DNA from: Epiperipatus broadwayi
Lineage: Eukaryota > Animalia > Onychophora
Assembly (NCBI GenBank): GCA_028023455.1
Contig: JAQFVV010000004.1
Span: 19,716,001-19,780,000, forward strand
Direction: 5' to 3'
Length of the DNA stretch: 64,000 bases
Both the position numbers and the translations under genes were made by a program. The notes under the pieces are model-generated. The model made no database searches, had not been told where the DNA came from, and saw nothing but the letters and a program-made list of their open reading frames with translations. Positions 1-13,083 of this stretch are shown piece by piece; position 1 is the stretch's first letter; every line of letters begins with the position of its first letter.

Positions 1-1029
1 TTAACAATTCAATGATGTAAAGTTGGAAATTAATTTCAAGTGTGACTCAAAGCAATTAAAAAATGGGAGAAAGAAATATTAAAAAACTTCTATACTGAAG
101 TCAATTTTATAGTTTAAAAAAAACCACTTAGAAAATAAAATAATTATTAAATTGAGGGCAAGACTTTTGATGTTTATACAGATAGATATAATTAAGAAAC
201 TAATTTTTTTAAAGAATTCTTTTTCATTATTATATTTATAAATATTTTTTAATGCATTTTATTCTTTTATATATTGATTTTATTTATTGAAATTTTACTT
301 TTTTTTTCATTATACACTGTATAATGAGAAAAGTCTGTACTGTATGTTTTTAGCCATTTTATTTTTGGCTGATATAGCTTTAATGAAGTCACCATCTTAT
401 GACATCACCAACCTTATAAAATGGCCATTATTGTTAGAAAATAGTGGTTTGTTTTAAAAAACAGGTTTCAAAATTTTATTTTTAAAAATGGCAATAGCAA
501 ATAATCGATTGTAAATTAAAATAATGGGTACAAATTGGTGATTGTTATGGAAAATTCTCACATAAAGTTCCATTGCTAACCTGGGTAAAGGTGTATTAGA
601 AATCTTAAATATAAAAACATAATGCAAAATATTTAATCTATGTTTATAACAGAAATAAAATGCATGTTCTATTGTCAAATGTTTTAACATTTTCTAAATC
701 ATTACAATTATGGCAAAAAAAAAAACAGGTCAAAATTTTTTTTCTAAATTAACTAATAATAATTTTTTTAATATAGAATAAAGACTAGGCATAATTTAAT
801 TATGCAACTGAATACCACTAAAAATTTTAATATATAAAAATAATAACAGATAAAAAAAAGTTTTCCAAAGGCAATTAGAACTAAAAAAAACACAACAAAT
901 ATATTATTTCTAAATGAATTATGTAAATAATTTGTAGCTTCAACTAATAAATTTGAAGCAAATTCTACAATTTATAACAGGCATTAATTATTACTAATAT
1001 ATGATATAGATTATGAAAAGGAAATATAA

Positions 1030-2010
1030 TTCTTTAAGTATTTCCATGGTGATTAAATCTTTGGACCACCAAGATGTAATCCTAGAATGTTGTCATATTT
1101 TGAAGAATATTTAGCAAAATGTAACTGTAATGATTAGGTAGATTAAGAAGATGCATGATAGGGTCACTTCATATCTACAAAACTTTTTACAGCAGTTTTG
1201 CAATAAGTATTCCATGGATTACAATGGAAAACTAAGAGAGTAAAAATAAATAGATATTATTATAAGTTATTTAGATTTTGCAGATGATGAGGTTGTTTAT
1301 ACATGTTGCAAAAGTTTTCGGATGAAAGTAAAAAAGGATTAAAAGTAAATACTAAAAAGTCTAAAGTAATGTTCAATGGATCTTTTTTGAAAAAGAAAAT
1401 ACTGATAATCATGAATTAAGAAAAGTTTAGTTGGAGTAGTCAAGCATTGGTGGGCTAGCGGTTAGCATAGCTGCCTTCCAAGCAACTGGCTTGGGTTCGC
1501 TTCCCAGTTAATGCTTTGATATTTATATAACTATATAGTATTAAAAATATATTTGAGAAAAAAAAAAAGATTTTTAATATACGTGTGTTACTACTGTTCT
1601 TACTTATGAATGTAAGATTTGGACACACAACAGAAGAGTAATACGAAGGCATCAAACAAAGTATGTAGAGATATCAGTTAGAAATAACATGAAAAGATTA
1701 AGCATGAATTACATTGTGCAAATATTATTGGCACCATTAAAAGAGTTAAAACATTGAAATGAACTGGGCTAAGTGATATTCCTAGAAGGGATGATAATAG
1801 ACAATCAATTGAACTTTTAAATTGGATCCCAAGATATTATAAAAGACTTAGAACTAGTCCATATGTGAGATGGATGGATGAAATAAAAAGTTTGATGGGG
1901 ATAATGTACAGAAGAAAGGCTATGGATCAGCGAAACTGAATTAATCATGTAAAGACCTTCTTCCTATAGTAGATAAATAATAGTTGAAAATGACAATCAT
2001 TATAATGATG
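1030..2010 (+). mobile_element. Decayed RTE-clade LINE (RT to 3' end), interrupted by a tRNA-Gly SINE
   Basis: Manual translation across frameshifts gives ISTKLFTAVLQ.VFHGLQW..RVKIN, FADD, DESKKGLKVNTKKSKVMFN, CV..VLTYECKIW and RWMDEIKSL, all RTE RT/C-terminal motifs. It ends in an RTE-like GAT-rich tail. Confidence 0.85.
1444..1515 (+). pseudogene. tRNA-Gly(TCC)-derived SINE head / pseudo-tRNA
   Basis: GCATTGGTGGGCTAGCGGTTAGCATAGCTGCCTTCCAAGCAACTGGCTTGGGTTCGCTTCCCAGTTAATGC closely matches eukaryotic tRNA-Gly(TCC), with an anticodon-stem mismatch and T-loop TTCGCTT. It shares the GTCAA leader and YTTGAYAT trailer with the copy at 29829. Confidence 0.85.
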
Positions 2011-3299
2011 ATATAGAATACTGAACTGTCTTTTTTTAGCTAAACATAGCACTAAGTATATAAATAAATAAACTATATAATACCAAATAAATAATATTCA
2101 AAATTTATTAATAGGTGATTTATTTAATCAAATATGAATAATTTTTAGATGATGAGCATTGATTAGAATGAATAAATCTACTGTAGAGTACACTAAGAGA
2201 TTCATAAATATCAGGGAACATAAAGAAATGATTACTTATTCATTTAGAAATAAATAAAGTAAATTATTTATCTGTAATACAATTACTTTTTAATTTAATA
2301 ACTGATAAAAATTATAAAATATTTACTGTTTCAATTATAAAATATTTAAGACATTTATTTTTTTGATTGATTGCAGTTATTTCTGTAAATAAATACTATA
2401 TAAGGTTTTTGTCAGAAACTTATTACTGTTTAAAGTTATTATATAATCATTTTTATAGGAAATCAAGCATTATTCAAGTCCCAAAGTAGGAGACTGAGCA
2501 TTGATTAGGTAAGTTTTTTTCAACTGATAAGCATCCTGAAAAATTTTAGATAGTATTCTCATAGATAGTTTGATTTTATACTAGCCACATCTATTTGCTA
2601 TTAATAGGTTTGAAGCTATCATTTAAATCCAAATGTTTTAATAGTAGTAAATTACAAGATAACTTTTAGTGTAATTCTAGAATAAATATTTTATTGTGAG
2701 TTTTCTTATAATTGTCATTCGATATACATAACAAATTGAGCATAAGAATTCCAGTCAGTTGACTAAATTGAGATTTTTATTTTATTTTACTCAGCTGATA
2801 ATTGATTTGAAAATTTTATAATTCTTGCATCCATTACTCTCATCTTCATCATCATCAGCCATTCACAAGCAAATATGGCCATTGCAACTCCAAAAGAAAA
2901 AATAGAGAGACAAAATAAGAATAAAAAAATAATTATTGTTATTATTCAAATTTATTAGTAAACAACAACTTACAAAAGTCACAATATTTAGATAATCAAA
3001 AAATATTTGCATAATGGCAGATAAAATAATTAATGATTTTTATTATGGAAATTAGTATTTTTTATATTTGTTACAGAATTATCAAAAATTATTGTGCCTT
3101 TACTCATTTTTATCACAATGTTTGTTATAGATGATAATTTTTAAATATATTTGCAATATTTATCATAAACTTTTTGCATATTTTGCATATTTTTTTGGTT
3201 ACAAGAAACCAACTGATCCATAATGTAGAATTGGTATTATGAAACTGTTAAATATCAATTTGTTAGGTTGAAAATAAAAAAAACAATTTTAGATCTTAG

Positions 3300-4170
3300 C
3301 ATTAAACCAATCAATTTGACTGTTTTATTGATAGAATTACTATGTGTTTGTTAAAAATAAAATTGCTTATAAATATTAAACCCAAATTTTGGTAGTCAGA
3401 TGGTTTTCGTTATTCATGACTATTAATAGAGTAATGGTATTGTATTCTCATTATATTTATTGAATGTAGTATGACATTACATTTGCTAACATTTACTTGA
3501 AGGTTATTTGCTTGACACCAGTTATAAAATATGTTGATATAATTTTGTAAAACAACTTTATCTTGGATTTTCAAAAAAAATTAACATAATTTGCATAACA
3601 AAATGTTTTTACTAGAGTAAGTTTTACTAAATCTGATATATATGTGACAAAAAATATTGGACATAGTATCTTACCTTGAAAAAGATCAAACTTACAGTTG
3701 AAGATAATTCATTCTTCATTGTTGTAATAAATAGAATTACTTCTTTCAGACCAAAATAATCTAAATAAAGTTATTAGATTGGTTGAAAATTCTTTTCTTT
3801 TTCTGTTTTTATAAAACATAGTCTGTGATCAATTTTATCAAAAGTATTCATCAAATCAAAATAGATTATATCCAATTCATTTCTTGTTTCAATAGCTTTA
3901 TTAATATCATCAAATATATTAATTAGATTTGTTTTAATTGATCTTTCTGAAAAAAATCATGAACTTATTAATAAATAAATAGATTGGTGTTATGAATTTC
4001 TGATTTCTTTCCCAAATTCTATATGGGAATTATTTTTAACAGTTTTTCAATAGCTAGGAAAAATTGCTGCTTTAAGTGATAAATTAAAAATTGGTAACAG
4101 AAATAAAGACAAAAGTTCAATGCATCCTTTAAAAATAAAAACTGATATTTTATCATAAACAATGTTCGAA
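3300..4170 (-). mobile_element. Decayed CR1-type LINE RT fragment
   Basis: Minus-strand relic motifs: LFLLPIFNLSLK..IFP, RSIKTNLINIFDDINKAIETRNELDIIYFDL..FDKIDH, FQGKILCPIFFVTYISDL and WCQANNLQVNVSKCNVI. Confidence 0.8.
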
Positions 4171-4308
4171 CACTTCATCTAGATCAAGTTTTAATATGTT
4201 TATAGAATCATTATTTAATATTGAGTAAATGGGTGTTTCAATTCTAGATTACTGCTTACATCATACTGGGTTGAAAAATACACTATAAAAATCATTTGAA
4301 TTAACATT

Positions 4309-4690
4309 TTAATTGCGCTTTATGCAAAAAAAGTGAAGCTTAGTATTATCAGAAAAAAATTATAAGACTTAGCACTTTCAGGGAATTTAGATCTTCATAT
4401 TCATAGCCTATCTTGGGAGTGCAATAAACTGAAAAGAATCATGCTTTGCAATCTCCAGAAAATGGTCAACATGAAAGAAAACTTTGAACAAATTTTGCAT
4501 AAATTACTGCCAAGCTTCGCTTAAAATCTCAATGTAAGCCAACACTACCAAGATAGGGTATGAATATGGAGACCTAAGTTTGCCAAAAGCACTAAGCCTT
4601 ATAATTCTTTTCTAATAATACTAAGCTTCAATTTTTTGCGTAAAGTGCAATTAAAACTTACCACTCAAAAGTGAAGTAAAAATAGAGTTT
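4309..4690 (+). mobile_element. Fold-back Penelope-type mini-element, family B
   Basis: Inverted arms about 4309-4417 and 4547-4657, unpaired tail about 4658-4690, and a 15-bp TSD ATTTGAATT(A/G)ACATT at 4294-4308 and 4691-4705. Decayed hammerhead-like motif TGAAGA...GAAAG(T/C)(G/A)CTA. Confidence 0.75.
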
Positions 4691-5999
4691 ATTTGAATTG
4701 ACATTGTAGAAATATGGTCTCTAGGTACTTTGTCTTGAGAAATTTTAATATAATGTCAAAATCTTTTTTACAAGGATTTTTATTTGGAATTTCTAACTTT
4801 TATAATTATATAAATATAAAAAGCATTCATACTGCTTATATAAGCTATGAAATAAATTTTCCCTTTTTACATATTGAATCAGAAAATCATTCTGAAAATT
4901 TAGAATTTTTACTTTGTTTGACTAGGATAAATTTATTAACAGTATCTAAAAGTAATTGATGAAATATATTAGTGGCTAGAGATGGACATTTGCATTTATA
5001 AATTTAATCCCAAGTAGTATATAAATAGTTTAATATTAAGTTATTATAATCTCCTTGTATATCATATTTTTTTACATAAGATATCTAAAAGTCTTATAAA
5101 ATCTAGTTATTGAATACAACTCTAATTTTACTACTGGATGATGTATATGTCTTGTAACCAGAGAAAATTTCAGATTTTTTGATAATTATATCAGAGATGG
5201 TTGTAAGTACTAAAATGAGACTCTTTTGAATCCAGATCAATAAATTTTGATATTTTTTCTTCTCACTAGTATATACATAATATTGAAAATCTAAAATAAT
5301 AATTTTATAACAACAACAACAATAGTGAACTGATAAATATAAATGACTATACAAATTAGTTCATGAAACACAAATGTAATAACATACATTGATCCATTAG
5401 TCTATTAATTTGATTCATTGCTATGCTGTTTTTTAATTTTTGCAACAAACATTTCTTTGTAGCACTTTTTAATTTTTATAAATTGGAAATATAGAAATAA
5501 TTTTAAAAGCAAAATTGTATAACACCCCGAATTGATATTACAATAATTTTGAAATTAACATATTATATTTTAAACTTCTTCAAGTAACTCATCAGGAAGT
5601 ATAATTTTTCCATTTTTAAGATTTGAAATTGCAGTTTTAATTTTGAATAGATAAAATGCATATTATTAAAAGTCTTCATTTCAAAATATAGCAATATTCT
5701 TACCTACTCAAAATATCATTGTCATTAAAAAAAAAAACTATATCCTTGAAATTAATAGAAATGTAAAACTATTTTCCAATATATATGTTATTTTAATATG
5801 TTAGAAAATGATCTAAAGTGACATCTTAATAATAATAAACAGCCTTTCAAGAACATGCCCTTTCCAACTCCCAAAAAAAAAAAAAAAAAAAAAAAAGGAA
5901 AAGAAAGAAAGAAAAAAGACAGGAAAGAGAAAACTATTCTAGAAATGAGTTTTATGAGACTTATGCAAACCAATCTATGAAACACAAATAAATTCATAT

Positions 6000-8110
6000 A
6001 TAGAACATGCAGATCCAATTTTCTGTTTACTTGTTATTTTATGACATTGTCTTTTAGTTTCCTTGGCAGAAAACTTTTCCCAAATATTTCAACACCATCT
6101 CTAAATGTAGTTCTCCAATGTATTCTGTTTTTGGCCATATCTTTCCAATGGAAACAATTGACACTTCACTTTTTAAGATAATTCTTCTAATGTAGTTGGG
6201 GTCTACCCCTCCCATGAAACCCATATTCAAGTTTACCATAATATACCCTTTTAGGAAGTCTTCCATTGTTCATTCGTTTTACATGTTCTATCAAATGAAG
6301 AAGTGATTTTGCATTAATGGGCTCAATAACATCACATCCTGCATGCTGAAGAACATATTAATTGGTTTTCTGATTTTGTTATTGTATTTTTAAACATTTT
6401 ATAGAAAATCATTAAATGAAACTTTTCTAATGTCTTTACATTGTGCTGATAGAATAGCTAAGTTTCAAATCCAAACATAAGTTAGGTAAAATAATAGCTT
6501 TATATACAGCTCATTTGCAGTAGTTATTTGCTTATGATGAAATACTCTATCTTTTAACTTGTTAACAGCAGCAGTACATTGTAATCTGTGTTGGATCTCA
6601 ATATCTAAGTCCACACTTCTCATTCTTCTACTTGTAAAATTATCAAGGTATTTAGACTGATTTATATTCTCGAATTGATAACCATCCAAGCTGAAAGTTG
6701 TTAAGAATTTTTCTTCCATCACTGGCTGATAAAGAAATTGAGATTTTTGAACATTAATAAATATAAAAAAAAGTTGCATTTAAAATATTAAGAACATTTT
6801 GCAAATCATTTTTTAAACTGGCAAAAATAACACAATCATCAGAATACTGTAAATCCAGAATCCAAAAAAAATGAAGTTCTTGTTTTAGATATAAAGGCCA
6901 ACTGTGAATATCAAATAAACAGTGCCTCACCAAGAGCTGCTGTTGCCTTGTAGAATAGGATGTTTGTTTATCAAAGGCTAGGTACTGTTTTCAATGCAAA
7001 TAGTCTTTTCTGTCTCTTTTTCAATCACTCAAGTTATTGTGAGGCCTCATCATCACGAACCTCTCAAGCCATTAGACATCTTATAATAACTGTGGCAATG
7101 GAAGTGTGTGCTTGTGCAAAACATGCACAGCAATTTTGACTCCAATATTTCCCTTTTTTGCTTTTCCTTTTTTTTTTTTAGCTCAAGTACTTGAGGATTA
7201 AGAAAACAATGCTATGGACAGGCTTAGTAGGCTGGGAGCCCTTAATTATGATATTTGTTTGAGGCAGTACAATCACTGCTTTTTCTTAACGAAGTCATTG
7301 ATAATAAGAATCATTGTTAGAGAAACACTCAGAAGTTTTTTATATTTATTTTAAGAATAGTCTTATTTGTATTAAAAACACATTTCTTAAGAGAATTCCA
7401 TGTTTCTGTAGCATGAGAATCCTGAAATTAAAATTAGCAACTTCAATGTTTAACAGATTTTAAAATTTAGCATGACTAGCAAATACTTCTAAATAATGAA
7501 CATCAAATATTTTTTCATATCTATTTTTTAATCCAACTATCATTTGAATCTTGGAGCATACTAATCTATGATCGATCCAATAATCTACTCTTGCCAATAA
7601 CATCACATGAGCACGATTTCTTATGCTTGCTTATAACTGTTATTAAAACTCTCTATACAATATTGCCACTCAGTGCTAGCCAGAGTAATCAATGAATGCC
7701 AGAAGGCTTGTGCATAAAATCCCCATCTAGTGCCTACCCATCCAATATCCACAAACTAGTTTCTGGCTTATGTCCTTTGTCAGTGAGGAGGCTTGGATCT
7801 GAGAGCACTGCACCTAGATCTTAGGATCATTTACTACCCCCAGATTAGTTTCTGGCTTGTGGCCTTCATCAGTGAGGAGTCTTGGATCTGAGATCACTGC
7901 ATCTAGATCCTAAGATGGGATTTTATGCACAAGCCTTCTGGCATTCTTTGATTACTCTGGCTTGCACTGAGTGGTAATACTGTGTGTTTTAATCTATTCT
8001 TGTAAATGCTTATGCAATTCATTTACATGCTGACTCTTAACAATAGCATTGTCTATTAAATGCCAATGTTTTGAGTACAGATGTCACTTTAACACTATGC
8101 TAAATCATAA
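6000..8110 (-). mobile_element. Decayed RTE (BovB-like) LINE interrupted by family-A element
   Basis: Minus-strand motifs in order: SKHWHLIDNAIV (APE end), WIDHRLVCSK, LQYSDDCVIFAS..DLQ, KYLDNF...DIEIQHRL, and HVKRMNNGRLPKRVYYGKL..GRGRP...WKDMAKNR.HWR. Confidence 0.85.
7594..7989 (-). mobile_element. Fold-back mini-element family A, copy 1 (two tandem hammerhead motifs)
   Basis: Arms about 7657-7730 and 7913-7983, tail on the left, and a 13-bp TSD TAATCTA(C/T)TCTTG at 7581-7593 and 7990-8002. Antisense hammerhead motifs at 7748-7789 and 7837-7878. Confidence 0.85.
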
Positions 8111-8135
8111 AAAGTTGTATGCTATTTTTATTATT

Positions 8136-8563
8136 AATTAGAGGGAATTTGAACTCAGACTTTTAAGCTCTCTTTAGTCATTCACTCCATCTTACACATC
8201 AATATACCCTCCCACATCCGTGCGAAAAAGATAAATGATCACCAATATACGTATTTCATGCTCATCTCCCACACGCATGTATAATCAGTGCTAGATTTAT
8301 ATTAATATAGCAAATCTTCAAACTTTAATGGACAGGCTTCAATCTTCTACACTCTATGTGTGGGAGATGATGATTAGGACCTAGTGATAAATGCTTGGTT
8401 CAGCATGAAATAAGTATATTGGAGACCATTTATCTTTTTCGGATTATGTGTCATGTGTAGCGATTATATAAGATGAAATGGATGCCTAAGGGGAGTTTGG
8501 GGGTCTGGGTTCAAATCTCCTCTAATTACATCTAGCTTAAAGTATATACTTGTATTTAAATAT
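8136..8563 (+). mobile_element. Fold-back mini-element family C, older copy
   Basis: Inverted arms about 8136-8270 and 8400-8528 share GAAAAAGATAAATGATCACCAATATACGTATTTCATGCT with 47810-47845. About 35-nt tail on the right; low-complexity 13-bp TSD TATTT(T/C)TATTATT at 8123-8135 and 8564-8576. Confidence 0.7.
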
Positions 8564-10129
8564 TATTTCTATTATTATACAACACTTTGAAGAAGAAAAA
8601 AATTAAAAAACTAAAGAAAATTATTTATTATCTTAAAAATGGAAGAAAATAAAATTGACAACTTATAGCAATATGCTAAAAAAACAAGTAATAGAATAAT
8701 AAAAATAGTCCTAAAGAATATGAATTAGATTTGCCATTGAGTTTTCAGTTAGTATTTAAAAACTTAAATTCCATGGAAATTAATATTTTAGATAGCAAAT
8801 CAGTATATTGAAATATTATTTTTAATATATCAAATATAGCAATTTATCATTTCTTTTATAGGAATAAAAATTATGATTATATAAATTTTGCTTATTTTTT
8901 TTTTAATACTGCACTTTTTTTTTTTTTTTAATTCCTTTCGTCATAATTACAACCAATAATTTTCTTAGGGTTCATTATTATCTTTTTTAAAACCAGTAGT
9001 GAGATGCTATTTTTGAACGGGTCGACGTTATTTTCCTGAAGCTCCGCATTGTTAAATGTTTCAAATAATTCTCTCTCTACTCTCCTCCAATTGAAATATA
9101 GCTTTCTTATTTGTTAAATCAGTTTGTCATCAAATAAATTACTGTTTCAAATTGAATATTGTAATTAATGTTAAAGAATCGCTTCTCCTTTATTTTATTC
9201 TTCTATAAATTCTGTTTGAAAAAAAAAAAGAGGCTATCCTTATATTTATTTTCCATCACGTTTTATTTTTGTCTACTGCATTTTTTTTTTATTACGATTT
9301 TCTAAAATGTCACTGAATTTCTATCTTTTCTGATAAATTTTTTATTTGTTATTTGAAGCACCTTTTTTTGTCATTTTTCATAATCTATCTGCTATGAGCT
9401 ATCAAATTGCCAGATCTTTCCCATTCAAGAAAAAGTAGGGGGATCACAGAAATACTAATATTCTTTTGAATACACAATGCTTGAACGGCCTCTTGATTTT
9501 AAAAACGTTGTAATTTCATCTAAATTCACCAGAGGGCATTAGTTTTTAGTTGTTGTTTTTTTTTCACATTTTAAATGCAATTTTGAAAAAAATTAAAAAG
9601 GGAGAAAACAGGAACAAAAAAATCGATACAATGGTTCCATAGGGAAATGATGATAAACAATTTGAGTTTTGATCTTTTCTTGCTTGTCACAAATATTAAG
9701 CTGCATGATGCAATTACTCATTTATTAATTGATTTTACAAATATATTATTTTAATAAATTTTTGAAAAAATAAGTTGTAATTCTTTTATTTTATATCAAA
9801 TTGAAATAAGAAACGCTGTCATTTTTTATTGATTTAAAATTAACGAAGCTTTGTATAAGTCTTTTATTTATTTTGCATATAATATAAATAATAATTATTA
9901 TTTTTATATCTATAATCCGTTTTTTAAAAAAAGTAATGAATATTTATAAGCCGATTTAAAAAATTTGGACAAAAATTCATAAATTTTAAAATATTAATTT
10001 TCTATTTTATTAGTATATATTAAATTGTATTGATAACAGTTCTATTGTTTTTCTAATTGCATTGGTTAATCGAAAATAGAACTGGTTTTAAACTAAGGTG
10101 TATTTTATTTTGTTATTATAAAACTTGTT

Positions 10130-10665
10130 TGTTTCAGTAGTGACCGCGTTGCAGCAAAAATATCTGAAAGTGGCAGTATTGTTGTCCTGGGCCTTGATTT
10201 GTTGAGCTTATTGATAAATGAGTTGGATATCTTCTGGTGTTGTTGCTAATGGTGAAGATGTAGTAAGCGCACCAGAAAGCATATAGGATGAAGATTGTTG
10301 CAGGTGCTGTGGAGAGAGGGGCGTATCTTTTGATAGGATTGGCTTAGCTGCTGTATAGATGAAACTGGTCATCTATATGTATTTAGCATGATATACATGA
10401 TTTGATGGAAGGCTTGACAGTGCCAGAAGAGGTGTTGAGTTTCTTCTGCCACATAACATAATGCGCTGAATAGGTTTATATTTTGTATAAACAGAAATAT
10501 TGGAGAAAATGAGATGTCAGTAATGCATATAGGTTGAGATGAATTAGGAATTTGAAAAAAATTAGGCTCCAGAGATCATCTTTTGAGGAGCAGAGTAGCT
10601 GGTGGTTATTAAATACCAAGCATGAAAGAGTGAAAATCTTTGTATGTTTCTGGATATAGTATGGC
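10130..10665 (-). mobile_element. 3' fragment of an L1/Tx1-type LINE (C-terminal zinc-binding region)
   Basis: Minus strand reads SALCYVAEETQHLFWHC and TIFILYAFWCAY, paralleling the C-termini of the elements at 14943-15320 and 61738-62148. Confidence 0.65.
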
Positions 10666-10876
10666 ATATATTATCATCATTATTATTATTATTATTATTT
10701 ACCACTAGGGGATTTTGATGATCATGGATTATATTTTAAGCTTTTTATATCTAAAATGTGTTACTTTGTTGGAAGAAAATATGAAATAATTTTTTAAAAC
10801 TTTATTATTTTATTAAGTATATAATCTATCACTGGATTTAATTTCTTTTACTTGGATTGCTCTAATTTTAAAAATA

Positions 10877-11190
10877 TGGGATCTTCTAGGAAACCTTGCC
10901 CTCTGTGCAATGATTCAATTTATGAAAGCCAAAAAGGTGTTATATGCTCAATGGAGTTCTTTTAAATTTCACATTGATTGTTTAATATCTAACGATGAAA
11001 TAATGGCCAGGATAATTTTATATGTCCAGCTCATGGCTGCTAGAAATTCAGATATAGAAATGACTATTTGTGGAAAATGTTTAACTGAAATTAATATTGA
11101 TGAGTTGAAACTTTTTTGTGAAAAAAGTGTAATAGATCTTTTTAAAGTATATGAAACTAGAAACTGTATATTTAAATTTATTAGTTGATC
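10877..11190 (+). pseudogene. CR1 ORF1 relic with tandem PHD-like fingers
   Basis: MGSSRKPCPLCNDSIYESQKGVICS..(fs)..FKFHIDCL...(fs)FICPAHGC, followed by ICGKCLTEINIDELKLFCE(fs)KCNRSF. Confidence 0.65.
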
Positions 11191-11367
11191 AAGATACAAT
11201 AATTTTATTTATGTTGATTGTTAAGATTTTGTTCAAGAAGAAAATATTTCTTGTTATGAAATAATTGTAAATGAGAATATTCCCTCGGGGCATGAAAATA
11301 GCCATGTTTGTAATCTTTATTGCATAACATTGCAGGTTCAGATTGCTGGTTTATTGTCAAATATAGT

Positions 11368-11430
11368 CCCCCCCCCCCCCCCCCCCCCCCACCCCCCCCC
11401 CCCCCTCCCCCCCCCCAACCCCCGGCCCCC
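11368..11430. repeat. Poly-C tract (G-quadruplex potential on - strand; poly-Pro in frame)
   Basis: About 60 nt of almost pure C in an AT-rich background. Confidence 0.95.
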
Positions 11431-11716
11431 TTTGTTGAAAATCAAAACTTGAAAACTATTATTTTGATAAATAATAGAGATTTTAAAGCAAAGACAAATA
11501 TTTCTGAAGTTAATATACCATTAATTTCTAAAGAAATTAAATTTTTTAAGGTAGGCAAAGAATATTGTGTAATTAATGATAAAAGTTTTGCTTCTCCTCC
11601 CCCATTTTTGAAGACAAAGGAAGTCAGATTCAAATTTCTATTTTACATCTGAAACAGAATTTGTTAAAAGTCTGAAAAGTGAAGAGATTATAAAAATAAA
11701 AGTAGGAAGAAATGTA

Positions 11717-11818
11717 TTAATATATAGAGTATATGAGCACAGACTTTCACATGACCCACCACTCTATCTCGTAACACTGATACACTTGAACACGCATATG
11801 TTGAAAAGATAAATAATT
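11717..11818. mobile_element. Family C terminal fragment inserted in the CR1 element
   Basis: TATGAGCACAGACTTTCACATGACCCACCACTCT...CATATGTTGAAAAGATAAATAAT matches 47726-47822. Confidence 0.85.
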
Positions 11819-13083
11819 AAATAAAGAAACAATTATTGATAAAAATAGAGAGTTTTATGGAAGCTGAGAAATTATTGCTGAAAATTTATCTTATCAACAA
11901 TCTAATTTTGAAAAAGGAAATATTACTAATATTGGTCTTAAAAAGTAGAGTGAAGTTTTATCTGAAGGTGTAACTATAGAGAATAAAAATCTTAAAACAA
12001 AATATTTTAAGAATAATCAAGTTAAAAGCAGTGGTCATTATTTTAAAAAAAATATTGATGCAGAAGGATTTGAGTTGGTGACACATAAGAAAAAAAAAGT
12101 AAAATCTAATACGTTTAACAAAAATGCTATTAAAAGCTTTTCTATTTGGATTAAAATGATATTAGGATGTCAATTGTTTTGGGTTGGTAATATATTTATT
12201 CCTCCTTATATTAATATAATTGAACTAAATAATGATTTGGAACAGTTGGAAAAATATTTACTTATTTAAAAACACAATATTTTAATCTGTGGTGACTTTA
12301 ATGCACAATATGTAATAACAGAGATGAAACGAGTTATGCACTAATGAAATTAATAGAAAATAAAGAATTATAGAATTCATGAATATAATTGATGTAGTAC
12401 AAAGAAATCAGTTAAAAAATAATAATGGATGTATTCTAGATTTTATTTTAATTAACTTTAATGATGTAAATGTGAATCATAGTGTATAGCTATTATTGAT
12501 GGAAGACTTTCATCATCCAGCAATTGAGTTTTTTGTTTATATTAAACACTTATCAATAAATAAGAATATGATAATGCCAAACAGAAATATTGTGATATCA
12601 AATACACTAATTGGGACCAAATATATTGTTCCACAAATGTAAATGAGGCACTAAATCTGTTTCAAAAAATTATGCAAAAAAATTTAAATAATAGAATACC
12701 ATTATGCTATGAATCATCCTAAAAATATCCTTCTTGGTAATCTAAGAAATTGATTTGTATTTACAAAAGGAAACTTAGATATCATAAGTTGTTTAAGAAA
12801 TCAGAATCAATAATATGTTATAACTTTATAAATTTTAGAAGACTATTTAAAATCATAGAAAAAATTGATTTCAAAAGATATATTGAGAAACTAGAGGCCA
12901 ACATAAATTGCAATTCAAATTACTTTTAGTCATTCATTAAAAAGCATTCTGGTGTAAAAAAATAAAATATCAATTGTCAATGGGAATCTTACAGCAGATG
13001 ATTTTGCCAACTACTTCTCATTATGTACAAGAAAAAAGATACTATCTGAATCTTGCACAGCTACTGCTTTTAAAACTAATAAT

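Noticed and set aside
3676-3770. Apparent minus-strand exon (AG|..YFGLKEVILF..|GTAAGA)
   Set aside because: Another frame gives CR1 RT motifs continuous with the flanking relic.
6054-6266. 70-aa ORF MEDFLKGY...
   Set aside because: Off-frame reading of the RTE C-terminus (HVKRMNNGRLPKRV in another frame).
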